A DNA stretch of 63,220 nucleotides, filler included, from 6 parts of 6 records of this genome joined end to end with filler, not necessarily neighbours in it, one strand, 5' to 3'. Shown: positions 10,149-19,925, counted from the first letter of the whole stretch. Numbers and translations are program-made. Notes: generated by a model not told the origin, from the letters alone.

Positions 10149-10195
10149 TTAATATACACACTTTTAATTTGCAGCCAATAAGGTGTGTATATTAA
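10149..10195. promoter_or_regulatory. Inverted-repeat operator upstream of brnTA
   Basis: Perfect 13-bp IR TTAATATACACAC / GTGTGTATATTAA with 21-bp spacer, 5 nt from the brnT start. Confidence 0.65.
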
Positions 10196-10471
10196 ATGTT
10201 GCTCAAGTTTTTCTTGGAACTTGGAAGGTCTGAAAACCTGAACAGTGGGATAGGTAAGCCATTGAAAAATATAGCACGAAAATTCTGTTCAGAAGCTGAT
10301 TTGTTCTAACAAAATCAACGCCGAACTCCTTCTTCTATGGTCCGCCACTTTTGCCCTGCATATCTGTCACTCGTAACATTTCCCCACAACATGCGCATAG
10401 TAGGGTGTGGTTTCCCATCATGCGCCCAGCGGATTTACCACGGTTTAACCGCGACCTTGCTATTAACGCTT

Positions 10472-10921
10472 ATGTTGAAAACAGTTTCGCTGGTCCTTCC
10501 TGTATTGATTCCGTCCTGGCGGTTTTTCAAGGCGATTGAACCCTCTCCACGGGTTGAATGGCGGGTGTTGGCCTTGGATGCACCAGCCGGGACCGAAGGT
10601 GGCGCATGGGTGGCCTATCAGCCCCGTCCAAACTCTGTTTCTTTGGCGCAGATGGTCAGGCGGCTGTTTTGGAACCCGGTATGGAATGATACGCTTTTTG
10701 TGGTCAGCTGCGCAGAGCGGATTGCCCTTGGGGTGGCACCGACGTCCCATAGTATCAATGAAATACAGCGCAGGATCTTACGTGATATCAAAGGGGTGGG
10801 ACCGGATGTGAGCGGTGAAATGCTACAGTTCCGGCTGGTCTTTGTGTATTTCGAGAACGCAAGGTTGGTGCAGGATGTGGTCTTTATGTCAGATCCGTTT
10901 TCGGTGGGCGCGCCGCCTTGA
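10472..10921 (+). CDS. Hypothetical protein, partner of the HTTM-like protein
   Basis: ATG 10472; PSWRFF and RRLFWNP motifs; stop overlaps the next start. Confidence 0.7.
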   Translation: MLKTVSLVLPVLIPSWRFFKAIEPSPRVEWRVLALDAPAGTEGGAWVAYQPRPNSVSLAQMVRRLFWNPVWNDTLFVVSCAERIALGVAPTSHSINEIQRRILRDIKGVGPDVSGEMLQFRLVFVYFENARLVQDVVFMSDPFSVGAPP

Positions 10922-11607
10922 CCTTTGATTTGGCCCTGCGGCTGACGGAAATCCTGCTGGCCTTGGCATTTTTGCAGCAATGCAGTGAACATATCCTCTG
11001 GTCAGGGGAAACGCGGTGGCTGTTTGTCCCACGCGCGGTGCTGAGCTGTATTCTGTTGACTGGCTTTTACAGCCCGTGGGTGCTGCTGGCCCTGTCATTG
11101 CACAGCGTGCTGGTGCTGTATCGGTTTAACGGGCCTTATAACGGCGGCAGTGACCGGATGGGCCTGTTGGTGCTGTATTGCCTATGCCTTTCGCAGCTGT
11201 TGCCCGCAGGGCTGCCCGGCGAGGCGGCTTTTGGCTATCTGGGCATGCAGGTGGTCCCGTCCTATTTCATTTCCGGGTGGGTCAAGATTGTGAACCCCGA
11301 ATGGCGCAGTGGCCGGGCCTTACGTGATGTGTTCAGTTTCTCCGCCTATCCGGTCAGTGAGGATCTGCGGGGATTTGCCCGGCGGCCCCGGCTGTTGTGG
11401 GCGATGTCATGGGCGGTAATGGGTTTTGAGCTGGTGTTTCCACTGGCACTTTTGCATCCAGCAACGCTTTATCTGGCGCTGGGAGTTGCGGCCGGTTTCC
11501 ACCTTGCCAATGCCTGCCTGTTTGGGCTGAACCGCTTTGTCTGGTTCTGGATTGCCTCTTACCCGTCGATCCTGTGGCTGCAGGGGCGATTGATCGACAG
11601 CTTTTAA
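10918..11607 (+). CDS. HTTM-domain-like membrane protein
   Basis: Multi-TM; YNGGSDRM, YFISGWVKIVNPEWRSG, FEL, FHLANACLFGLNRF. Confidence 0.7.
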   Translation: MTFDLALRLTEILLALAFLQQCSEHILWSGETRWLFVPRAVLSCILLTGFYSPWVLLALSLHSVLVLYRFNGPYNGGSDRMGLLVLYCLCLSQLLPAGLPGEAAFGYLGMQVVPSYFISGWVKIVNPEWRSGRALRDVFSFSAYPVSEDLRGFARRPRLLWAMSWAVMGFELVFPLALLHPATLYLALGVAAGFHLANACLFGLNRFVWFWIASYPSILWLQGRLIDSF

Positions 11608-11710
11608 GGGCGATCCTCCCGACAGAATGGTGTCATTGCCCCGGTTTGAAACGCTTTATTAACCAATTCGGAACAGTCTGATTTCTGGTTCAAATCCCGG
11701 AAGGCGGGGG

Positions 11711-12319
11711 ATGCAGATCGTGCAAATTGGGGGAACGCGGCTGTTCTGGCTGTTCAAGCGCCTGAATGACCTGGTGATATCGGTGCTGCTTTTGCCGGTG
11801 CTGGGCACGGCTGCGGTTCTTTTGCTGGTGGTGAACCCATGGGTGAACCCCGGTCCCCTGATGTTCCGGCAGACACGGGTCGGGTGGTATGATCGGCCGT
11901 TTGTGATGCTCAAATTCCGCACCATGCGGCCGGATGCAGGACAAGCCAGATTTGCAGATGCCGAATCGCATCGGATCACCGGTTTCGGCGCGATATTGCG
12001 CCGGTTTCGGATAGATGAATTACCACAAATTATCAATGTATTACGCGGCGAGATGAGCCTGATCGGCCCACGCCCTGAGCAACCTGAATTTGCCCGCCAA
12101 TACCGGCAGACACTGCCGGATTATCATCACCGCCATGTGGTACGCCCGGGGTTAAGCGGGCTTAGTCAGGTGGTGCAGGGCTATACCAGCGATGATCAGG
12201 GCACCCGCGTCAAACTGGCGCTAGATCTGCGATATATTTCGAAATCGGGTTTCAGGATGGAGGCCTATATCTTCTGGCGCACGCTGGTCACTGTCTTGAC
12301 CGGCTATGGTGCGATTTAG
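11711..12319 (+). CDS. Bacterial sugar transferase (priming phosphoglycosyltransferase)
   Basis: KFRTM, RIDELPQIINVLRGEMSLIGPRPE, RPGLSGLSQV, DLRYI. Confidence 0.92.
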   Translation: MQIVQIGGTRLFWLFKRLNDLVISVLLLPVLGTAAVLLLVVNPWVNPGPLMFRQTRVGWYDRPFVMLKFRTMRPDAGQARFADAESHRITGFGAILRRFRIDELPQIINVLRGEMSLIGPRPEQPEFARQYRQTLPDYHHRHVVRPGLSGLSQVVQGYTSDDQGTRVKLALDLRYISKSGFRMEAYIFWRTLVTVLTGYGAI

Positions 12320-12412
12320 CTGTGCTGTCTGGTTTCGATTAACCAAATCCTCTTACTCCACTCCTAAGGATCATCCAACGATGTGTTCTGCCTCGCGCAA
12401 AGGGAGGGATCT

Positions 12413-13498
12413 ATGCCCGCTACAATCCTGTTGACCGGTGGTGCCGGGTTTATCGGTTCTCACACCTATGTTGCCTTGATCGAGTCCGGGTATAACGTTG
12501 TCATTGTTGATGATTTTTCCAACGCCGCACGGGATGTGCCCGACCGGCTGGCGCAGATCACCGGCGCGCCCGTCATTGCCTATGATGTGGATGTGGCCGA
12601 TGCGGCGGCCCTTGAGGCGGTGTTTTGCAGCCATCAGTTTGATGCGGTGATTCACCTTGCTGCGAAAAAGTCGGTGCCCCAATCCTTGGCCAATCCGCAG
12701 GGGTTCTTCAATTCAAACATCACTGCACTTTTGACGCTGCTGCGCGTCATGGGGCAGCATCAGTTGCGCACCATTGTCTATTCCTCCAGCGCTACCGTCT
12801 ATGGTGTGCCCGAGGCTCTGCCGATCCCTGAACATGCGCCGCTGAGTTATACCAACCCCTATGGGTTGTCGAAATTGCTGGGTGAACAATTCCTGAACCA
12901 GAAGATGCGGGCAGGGCGGGAATGGAAGGCCGGGATATTGCGTTACTTCAACCCGGCAGGGGCACATCCGTCAGGTTTGATTGGTGAGGCCCCGTTAAGT
13001 GACGGTGGCAATCTGATGCCCCTCGTGGCGCGCGTGGCCAAGGGCCAGTTGCCGGGGCTGGCGATTTTCGGCGGCGATTATGGTACGCCGGATGGCACGG
13101 GGATCCGCGATTACATCCATGTCTGTGATTTGGCTGAGGGGCATGTGCTATCGGTGAACCGATTGTTGCAACAGGGATGTTCGCACACGGTTAACCTGGG
13201 AAAGGGCAGGGGATATTCTGTGTTGGAGCTGATCAAGACTTATGAGAAGGTCTGCGGGCAAGTGATCCACTACCGCTTCAAGGCACGGCGCGAGGGCGAT
13301 GTTGCGGCAAGCTATGCAGACCCGAGTTTGGCGTCCAGCGTGCTTGGCTTTCGGGCAAAGCGTAACCTTTTGGACATGTGCCAGTCCAGTTGGCGCTGGG
13401 AAACCATCAGCGATCCTGATTGGTATCCCAGGAAGCTGCCCGCGGCACCAATGGCGATGCCGCATCAGGTGCCGTCGGTGATGCCGCTCGCTCACTGA
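12413..13498 (+). CDS. galE: UDP-glucose 4-epimerase
   Basis: TGGAGFIGSHT, SSSATVYG, YGLSK, LRYFNPAGAHPSG, DGTGIRDYIHV; start set at the ATG after GGAGG. Confidence 0.9.
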   Translation: MPATILLTGGAGFIGSHTYVALIESGYNVVIVDDFSNAARDVPDRLAQITGAPVIAYDVDVADAAALEAVFCSHQFDAVIHLAAKKSVPQSLANPQGFFNSNITALLTLLRVMGQHQLRTIVYSSSATVYGVPEALPIPEHAPLSYTNPYGLSKLLGEQFLNQKMRAGREWKAGILRYFNPAGAHPSGLIGEAPLSDGGNLMPLVARVAKGQLPGLAIFGGDYGTPDGTGIRDYIHVCDLAEGHVLSVNRLLQQGCSHTVNLGKGRGYSVLELIKTYEKVCGQVIHYRFKARREGDVAASYADPSLASSVLGFRAKRNLLDMCQSSWRWETISDPDWYPRKLPAAPMAMPHQVPSVMPLAH

Positions 13499-13539
13499 GC
13501 TTTCGGGTGAATATGTTCACGAGGAACATATCTGGGCGT

Positions 13540-13563
13540 AAAAAAAGCGCCTTAAAAGGCGCT
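13540..13563 (-). terminator. Intrinsic terminator of the ycbK-like gene
   Basis: AGCGCCTT-AA-AAGGCGCT hairpin with U-tract on the minus strand. Confidence 0.7.
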
Positions 13564-13586
13564 CTTCCCGGTTCTGGTATAGGGGC

Positions 13587-14156
13587 TTAGCCGCCCCAGC
13601 TGCGGACCACGCCGCAATCCATATGCACAAAGTTGGACCCGGAATACTGACCAACACCGCCACCGTGACAGGCAATTGCGGCCCGTGCCATCTGTTTCAC
13701 GGAACGAGAGCTGAGGCGCAGATCAGCGGCCTGTCCCCGCATGTGCAGAGAATTTTTCGCCACACCACGCGAGCGGGACCGCAACATCGCGTTTGTTTTC
13801 GGGCTGCGATACCCGGACAACAGCATATAAGGTTCGTTTACATCCAGCAGGTTATGCGCCGCTGCCATGATATCCACTGTGCGCAGGTCCATGGATTTGA
13901 CGCCGTCCGTACGCCAGTCGCGCATGAAATAGTTGACCTCTTTCACCGCGTCCTTGATGTATTTGCCTTCGATCCAATAGATCATGTCGATGCGTTCACC
14001 GGTCCGGCCTGAATACATCTTGATGCGGCGAATATCGCCGCCACCGCGCAGGAAACCCGCTGCATTTGAATAGGTTGGCGCTGCTGCTACTGCGGTTGCT
14101 GCAAATGCCCCAAGAAGTGCACGCCGGGTCATCCCCGTTGAGCTTGTTCCAGTCAT
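13587..14156 (-). CDS. YcbK/DUF882 (peptidase M15-like) protein with Tat signal
   Basis: TRRALL Tat motif; SGYRSPKTN, SLHMRGQAAD, FVHMDCG. Confidence 0.88.
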   Translation of the reverse strand: MTGTSSTGMTRRALLGAFAATAVAAAPTYSNAAGFLRGGGDIRRIKMYSGRTGERIDMIYWIEGKYIKDAVKEVNYFMRDWRTDGVKSMDLRTVDIMAAAHNLLDVNEPYMLLSGYRSPKTNAMLRSRSRGVAKNSLHMRGQAADLRLSSRSVKQMARAAIACHGGGVGQYSGSNFVHMDCGVVRSWGG

Positions 14157-14510
14157 AGGTCTTCTGTCCCGTTTTCTGCCTGTGTCCATGATGTTACATG
14201 GGCAATAAATCTTAGTCCTTCGGTGCAACCTTTTTATGACATAGGCAGAATCGTGAACCAAGCCCTTAAAACTATAGCGGCAAAGTTGTTGGAAGTTTAG
14301 GCAATTTTCTGCTCAAAGCAGGGCATTATCGGAGGCGTGATGCCGCGGGCGGATGATGTTGGGTGGGTGATGTTTTGGCATCAGCCCTGAAATTGTTCTG
14401 ATGCCACATGAATGTTATTGGACAGGGCTCTCGTTCCTTCGGACAATCCACGCTAAAGCAGGCAAACGGCATGGAAAATGCGCGTTACGGTAAGGAATAT
14501 GAGGATGCGA

Positions 14511-16142
14511 ATGGCTTTTTCAACACGGGTCACTGGACAGCTTTTGGCGCGGCGGAGCATGATCGCCGGATGTGCGATTGCCATTGCGGCGGCGGTTGCT
14601 TTCGCACCGCTTCCCGCGGCGGCGCAGGTGACCGCGTTCAAACAGGCCATCGCAGAGACCGCAGCGCAAGATGATGATATTGCGGCCTTTTATCGAACCA
14701 ATGGCTATACTCCAATCTGGACCGGTGCGGGCGAGGAAGACCGCAATCGCCGCGCCGAACTTTTGCGGGCCATCCGGTCGGTGGCGGCACATGGTTTGCC
14801 CGTGGCGCGCTATGATCCCGAAGGGTTGATGAACAGGCTGGCCTCGGTGCGCACTGCGCGGGATCGCGGCATTGTCGAAGTCGAGATGAGCCGCGTCTTT
14901 TTGAAATATGCCCGTGACATCCAGACCGGCATGCTGACCCCCAGATCAATCGATTCTGCCATTGTGCGCGAAGTGCCCTATCGTGACAGAACCTCCTATC
15001 TGACGGGGCTGAGCGCAGCCAAACCTGCGGCTTACTTCCGTTCCTTGCCGCCAACCAGCATGGAATATAACGCTCTGATCAAGGAAAAGGTCGCGATGGA
15101 GCGGCTGTTGCATTCGGGTGGCTGGGGCGCAACCGTGCCGGCAAAATCCCTGAAACCGGGGGAGAGCGGCAATGCGGTGATTGCCCTGCGCAACCGTTTG
15201 ATCGCAATGGGCTATCTGGAACGGACCAATACCCGCGACTATGATGCAGATATGCAGGCAGCGGTGCAGCAATTCCAGATCGCACATGGGTTGAATGATG
15301 ATGGTGTGGCGGGCGCTGCCACCATGAACCAGATCAATGTCGGCGTGGAAAAACGGCTGCAATCAGTCATGGTCGCACTGGAACGCGAACGTTGGTTCAA
15401 CACAGAACGCGGCAAGCGCCATATTCTGGTGAACCTGCCGGATTTTTCCGCGAAGATCATAGATGACGACAAGCTGACGTTTTACACCCGTTCGGTGATC
15501 GGGGCCAACCGCGAAGACCGCCCGACGCCCGAGTTCTCGGATACGATGACACATATGGTGGTGAACCCCAGCTGGTATGTGCCGCGTTCTATTGTGACCA
15601 AGGAATATCTGCCCGCGCTCAAACGCAACCGGAATGCGGCCAGCCATATCGAGATCACCGACAGCCGTGGTCGCAAAGTGAATCGCGGTGCCGTTGATTT
15701 CTCGCGATATACCGAGCGGACCTTCCCCTTTGCGATGCGCCAGCCGCCCAGCAAATCCAATGCGCTGGGGTTGGTGAAGTTCATGTTCCCGAACAAATAC
15801 AATATCTATCTGCACGACACGCCAGCCAAAAGCCTGTTCTCACGCGATGTGCGTGCCTTCAGCCACGGTTGTGTGCGTCTGGCCCAACCCTTTGATTTTG
15901 CATATGAACTCTTAAGTAAGCAGGAGGCAGATCCAAAGGGGTATTTTCAGTCCGTCTTGCGTTCGCGCAATGAAACCAAAGTGGAGCTGGACGAACCCGT
16001 GCCGGTTCATCTGATCTATCGGACGGCTGTGACCAATGCGCGGGGCCATACCGAATACCGTGCTGATGTCTATGGACGTGACGCCAAGATATGGAATGCG
16101 CTGTCACGTGCAGGGGTGGTCTTGGGCGCGGTTCAGGGGTAA
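14511..16142 (+). CDS. YcbB/LdtD-like L,D-transpeptidase with peptidoglycan-binding domain
   Basis: AVQQFQIAHGLNDDGVAG PG-binding motif; IYLHDTP...FSHGCVRL catalytic motif; exact start uncertain (14478-14511). Confidence 0.9.
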   Translation: MAFSTRVTGQLLARRSMIAGCAIAIAAAVAFAPLPAAAQVTAFKQAIAETAAQDDDIAAFYRTNGYTPIWTGAGEEDRNRRAELLRAIRSVAAHGLPVARYDPEGLMNRLASVRTARDRGIVEVEMSRVFLKYARDIQTGMLTPRSIDSAIVREVPYRDRTSYLTGLSAAKPAAYFRSLPPTSMEYNALIKEKVAMERLLHSGGWGATVPAKSLKPGESGNAVIALRNRLIAMGYLERTNTRDYDADMQAAVQQFQIAHGLNDDGVAGAATMNQINVGVEKRLQSVMVALERERWFNTERGKRHILVNLPDFSAKIIDDDKLTFYTRSVIGANREDRPTPEFSDTMTHMVVNPSWYVPRSIVTKEYLPALKRNRNAASHIEITDSRGRKVNRGAVDFSRYTERTFPFAMRQPPSKSNALGLVKFMFPNKYNIYLHDTPAKSLFSRDVRAFSHGCVRLAQPFDFAYELLSKQEADPKGYFQSVLRSRNETKVELDEPVPVHLIYRTAVTNARGHTEYRADVYGRDAKIWNALSRAGVVLGAVQG

Positions 16143-16171
16143 ATCTCGGGGCGCTGCCATAAGGGGTGCCC

Positions 16172-17266
16172 ATGATGACTTACACTGTTGCACAGATTGC
16201 GAAATCACTGGGGGCAGACGCCGCCGGTGACACATCCTTGGTGATCCGCCGCGCGGCTGAGCCGCAATCGGCGGGTGCTGACGATCTGGCTCTGGCGATG
16301 GATCCTAAATATGCCGAAGGGCTTTCCCAAGGGGCGGCTCGCGCTGCAATGTTGTGGCCGGGTGCCGATTGGCAGGCCATGGGCCTGAAAGCGGCGATTT
16401 TCCCTGAACGTCCCCGATTTGCCATGTCCGGTATGACGCGGCTGATGGATAAAGGGCAGGGGTTTGGCACAGGCATTCACCCCTCGGCCATTATCGACCC
16501 TACTGCGGTTCTGGGTAAAGATGTAAGCGTCGGCCCGCTGGCGATCATCTCGGCAGGGGCACGGATCGGCGATGGGTCCGTGATCGGGCCACATTGTTTT
16601 ATCGGCATGGATGTGACTTTGGGCGCAAATGCCAATCTGCGTGAACAGGTCAGCATCGGCGCACGCGTTACCATTGGCATGCGGTGTATCATCCAGCCCG
16701 GCGCGCGGATTGGCGGCGATGGGTTTTCCTTTGTCACGGCGGAACCGTCAACCGTGGAATCCGCCCGCAAAACGCTGGGTGATCAGGGTGCCGCCGCCGC
16801 GCAACCCTGGATTCGTATTCATTCGCTGGGCAGTGTCACCATCGGCGATGATGTAGAGATCGGCATGGGCTGCACCATTGATTGCGGCACCATCCGCGAC
16901 ACGACAATCGGTAATAATACCAAGCTCGATAATCAGGTGCACATGGGCCATAACGTCAGCATTGGCGACAACTGTCTGATCTGCGGACAGGTCGGCATCG
17001 CGGGATCTGCCCGCATCGGCAATAACGTTGTCATGGCGGGACAGGTCGGCGTGAACGACAACATCTTTGTTGGGGACGGCGTAATCGCGGGGGGCGGCAC
17101 CAAGTTGATGTCGAATGTGCCCGCTGGCCGCACCATGCTGGGCTATCCCGCGACGCAGATGGACAAGCAGGTGGATCTCTACAAGGCGCAACGGCGTTTG
17201 CCGCGACTTCTGCGCGAGGTGGCAGAGCTGCGAAAGGTGGTTTTCAAATCGGACAAGGACGACTAG
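16172..17266 (+). CDS. lpxD: UDP-3-O-acylglucosamine N-acyltransferase
   Basis: Hexapeptide repeats; [29 protein letters not shown]. Confidence 0.92.
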   Translation: MMTYTVAQIAKSLGADAAGDTSLVIRRAAEPQSAGADDLALAMDPKYAEGLSQGAARAAMLWPGADWQAMGLKAAIFPERPRFAMSGMTRLMDKGQGFGTGIHPSAIIDPTAVLGKDVSVGPLAIISAGARIGDGSVIGPHCFIGMDVTLGANANLREQVSIGARVTIGMRCIIQPGARIGGDGFSFVTAEPSTVESARKTLGDQGAAAAQPWIRIHSLGSVTIGDDVEIGMGCTIDCGTIRDTTIGNNTKLDNQVHMGHNVSIGDNCLICGQVGIAGSARIGNNVVMAGQVGVNDNIFVGDGVIAGGGTKLMSNVPAGRTMLGYPATQMDKQVDLYKAQRRLPRLLREVAELRKVVFKSDKDD

Positions 17267-17316
17267 ATCAATCCTTAACGTGACCTGAGGACATGACCGA
17301 AACGAAGGACGGACCC

Positions 17317-17574
17317 ATGAACATCACCGATCAAGTCATTGCCATCATTGCAGAGCAGGCCATGCTGGACCCAGAGGATGTCACGCTGGACAGCACATTG
17401 GAAAGCCTTGGCATCGACTCACTAGGGGTGGTCGAAAGCATCTTTGCCATCGAGGAAGCCTTTGACATCACAGTGCCTTTCAACGCCAACAACCCTGCCG
17501 AATCCGATTTTGACATCACCTCTGTGGCCAGTATCATCAAAGGCATCGAGCGGCTGAAAGCCGAACAGGGCTAG
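17317..17574 (+). CDS. Specialised acyl carrier protein (NodF-like)
   Basis: LGIDSLG phosphopantetheine site, IEEAFDI, insertion PFNANNP. Confidence 0.88.
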   Translation: MNITDQVIAIIAEQAMLDPEDVTLDSTLESLGIDSLGVVESIFAIEEAFDITVPFNANNPAESDFDITSVASIIKGIERLKAEQG

Positions 17575-17578
17575 GCCG

Positions 17579-18787
17579 ATGAAACGTGTGGTGATCACCG
17601 GTGCAGGGACGATCAATGCCTTGGGGCATTCCGTACCTGCGACCCTGCAAGCGATGCGCGATGGGGTTTGTGGCATCGGCCAGCTGGCGTTTCGCGATGT
17701 TGAACGGCTGCAAATCCAGATTGGCGGACAGGTGTGCGGGTTCGAGGCAGAGGGGCGATATAACCGCCAGCAGATGTCGCTTTATGACCGTTTCACCCAA
17801 TTCACATTGGCGGCAGCCAAAGAAGCCATCGCGCAATCCGGCCTGACGTTTTCGGGTGAACTGGCTGCGAAATCCGGTGTTGTTCTGGGAACCGCAGGTG
17901 GTGGTGTGTCCACATGGGACGACAATTACCGTGCGGTGTATGAAGAGGGCAAAAACCGGGTGCATCCCTTTGTGGTGCCCAAGCTGATGAACAATGCGGC
18001 GGCCAGCCACGTCAGCATGGAATGGAATCTCAAGGGGCCGTCTTTCACCGTTTCCACTGCCTGCGCCTCCTCCAATCATGCTATGGCACAGGCGTTTTCC
18101 ATGGTCCGCTCCGGCATGTCGCCAGCGATGATCACCGGCGGATCGGAATCCATGCTGTGTTTCGGTGGGGTCAAAGCATGGGAAGGGCTGCGCGTGATGA
18201 GCCGCGATGCCTGCCGCCCGTTTTCGGCCAACCGGAACGGCATGGTACAGGGTGAAGGGGCCGGGATATTTGTGTTCGAAGAATACGACCACGCCCGCGC
18301 CCGTGATGCGGACATCCTGTGTGAAGTTGTCGGTTTTGCCATGTCCTCGGATGCCAGCGATATTGTCATGCCGTCCAAGGCGGGGGCAGCCCGCGCCATG
18401 GCAGGGGCGCTTGAGGACGCGGGCGTGAGTCGTGAAGCGGTTGGCTATATCAACGCCCATGGCACCGGCACGGCGGCCAATGACAAAACCGAATGTGCAG
18501 CAGTGGCAGATGTCTTTGGGCCGCATGCGGATCAATTGATGATCTCTTCAACTAAAAGCATGCATGGCCATCTGATTGGTGGCACCGGTGCTGTCGAACT
18601 GCTGGCCTGCATCATGGCGCTGCGCGACGGGGTGATTGCACCGACCATCGGGTATGAAGAACCTGATCCCGAATGCGCACTTGACGTGGTCCCGAATGAA
18701 GCGCGGGAGGCAAAGATTTCGGTCGCGCTCAGCAATGCTTTTGCATTTGGCGGGATGAACGCGGTTATCGCCCTACGTAAAATCTGA
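17579..18787 (+). CDS. Beta-ketoacyl-ACP synthase (FabF/NodE-like)
   Basis: TACASSNHA (Cys), NAHGTGT and TKSMHGH (His-His), SNAFAFGG. Confidence 0.9.
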   Translation: MKRVVITGAGTINALGHSVPATLQAMRDGVCGIGQLAFRDVERLQIQIGGQVCGFEAEGRYNRQQMSLYDRFTQFTLAAAKEAIAQSGLTFSGELAAKSGVVLGTAGGGVSTWDDNYRAVYEEGKNRVHPFVVPKLMNNAAASHVSMEWNLKGPSFTVSTACASSNHAMAQAFSMVRSGMSPAMITGGSESMLCFGGVKAWEGLRVMSRDACRPFSANRNGMVQGEGAGIFVFEEYDHARARDADILCEVVGFAMSSDASDIVMPSKAGAARAMAGALEDAGVSREAVGYINAHGTGTAANDKTECAAVADVFGPHADQLMISSTKSMHGHLIGGTGAVELLACIMALRDGVIAPTIGYEEPDPECALDVVPNEAREAKISVALSNAFAFGGMNAVIALRKI

Positions 18788-18799
18788 AGACAGCAACGC

Positions 18800-18831
18800 A
18801 AAAGGCCGCCCCTAAACCGGCGCGGCCTTTG
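18800..18831. terminator. Bidirectional terminator
   Basis: AAAGGCCGC...GCGGCCTTT hairpin between convergent genes. Confidence 0.65.
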
Positions 18832-18853
18832 TATTCTGACGGTTATTTCCCGC

Positions 18854-19480
18854 TTACTGTTCGATCACGGACACTTTGTTATAGCTTGCTGTAAAGCCGC
18901 TCAACGACAGGCTGAGTTTGACCTGCTGGTCCGGTGCCAATGCGGGAATAATGGTGATTTCTGCCGCTTTACCACGTTTGAACGCAGAGATGTCCGCCGC
19001 GGTCAGCCCCAGTCGCGCGTAACATCCAACCGGGTTGCAGAAGGCATAAGGGTAGCGCCGCGCCTTGCCGCCATCGACAGCAATGGTCAGCTGCTGGGGC
19101 AGGGAGGTTTCAAGAGGCACAACAATTGTGGCACCGGCTTCGGCCTTGCCGCCAGCAGGCAGGCGGAACAGGGAGATTTCGGCAACCGGGGCCCCCTGAC
19201 CATCGTCCAGCAGTTGATACATCTGGCAGGGGTCGGTTTCAGCTTCGGTTTTGATACAGCGCATTTCCCATTCGCCGATCACTTCTTGCGTATAGGGTTT
19301 GCCCAGTTCCGGGTCGACTGATGCGTCCTCGCCAAGGCTCAACTGCTCTTCGACCTTGGGTGTTTCGGTGGTTTGCGGTGTTGCCTCTTCGGTGGTGGTC
19401 GCGGTCTGCGCCAGTACCGGCAGCGGCGCCATTACGGCGAGGGCGGCACAAAGGGGCAGTGCGGTGAAAAACTTGCTCAT
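18854..19480 (-). CDS. Invasion-associated locus B (IalB) family periplasmic protein
   Basis: Signal peptide; WEMRC...CQMYQ, VPLETSLP, CNPVGCYA, LSLSGFTA. Confidence 0.85.
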   Translation of the reverse strand: MSKFFTALPLCAALAVMAPLPVLAQTATTTEEATPQTTETPKVEEQLSLGEDASVDPELGKPYTQEVIGEWEMRCIKTEAETDPCQMYQLLDDGQGAPVAEISLFRLPAGGKAEAGATIVVPLETSLPQQLTIAVDGGKARRYPYAFCNPVGCYARLGLTAADISAFKRGKAAEITIIPALAPDQQVKLSLSLSGFTASYNKVSVIEQ

Positions 19481-19686
19481 GTCAATTCCACGTTTGTTAC
19501 TTTCGCGCCATCTATCATGCCGCATCGGCAATGTCAGCGTCGATCCACAATAATTTGACCCGCGCGAGGCTGAAAACCGCCGACATTGAATTATGTTCGG
19601 CGACCCCCAGAATCGGAGAAAGGGACCGCTATGCGTTCCCTTTCCCAATCTTCTCTCCCCGTCGGACTAGGCCGACTTATGCCGAG

Positions 19687-19715
19687 ACGTTACGAAAGCT
19701 ATGCAAATCGGTCAA
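19687..19715 (-). promoter_or_regulatory. Sigma70-like promoter
   Basis: Minus strand TTGACC-17 nt-TAACGT. Confidence 0.55.
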
Positions 19716-19925
19716 CAGTTTAATTATTGTTTGAAATCAGCGAATTAGTTAATTTTATGAAATGAAATCCGATCAATACGCGGTTTCGGTTGCTGAATAC
19801 CACGGTGGATGGCTGATTTTCGCGGCTGATTGAGCCAATCGCCGACAAGCTGTTTCACAAGTCAGGCCAGGGACTGATGACATTACCTGACAAAACCCGA
19901 GATCGCCCTCAAAGACATGGCCCAT

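Larger units (their letters stand above)
8425..10347. mobile_element. Degenerate tRNA-integrated genomic island (~1.9 kb)
   Basis: 14-bp direct repeat TCTATGGTCCGCCA at 8425-8438 and 10334-10347; integrase remnant and TA module inside; lower GC than flank. Confidence 0.85.

Noticed and set aside
17537-18535. 332-aa antisense ORF over the ketosynthase
   Set aside because: Shadow ORF from high-GC codon bias.
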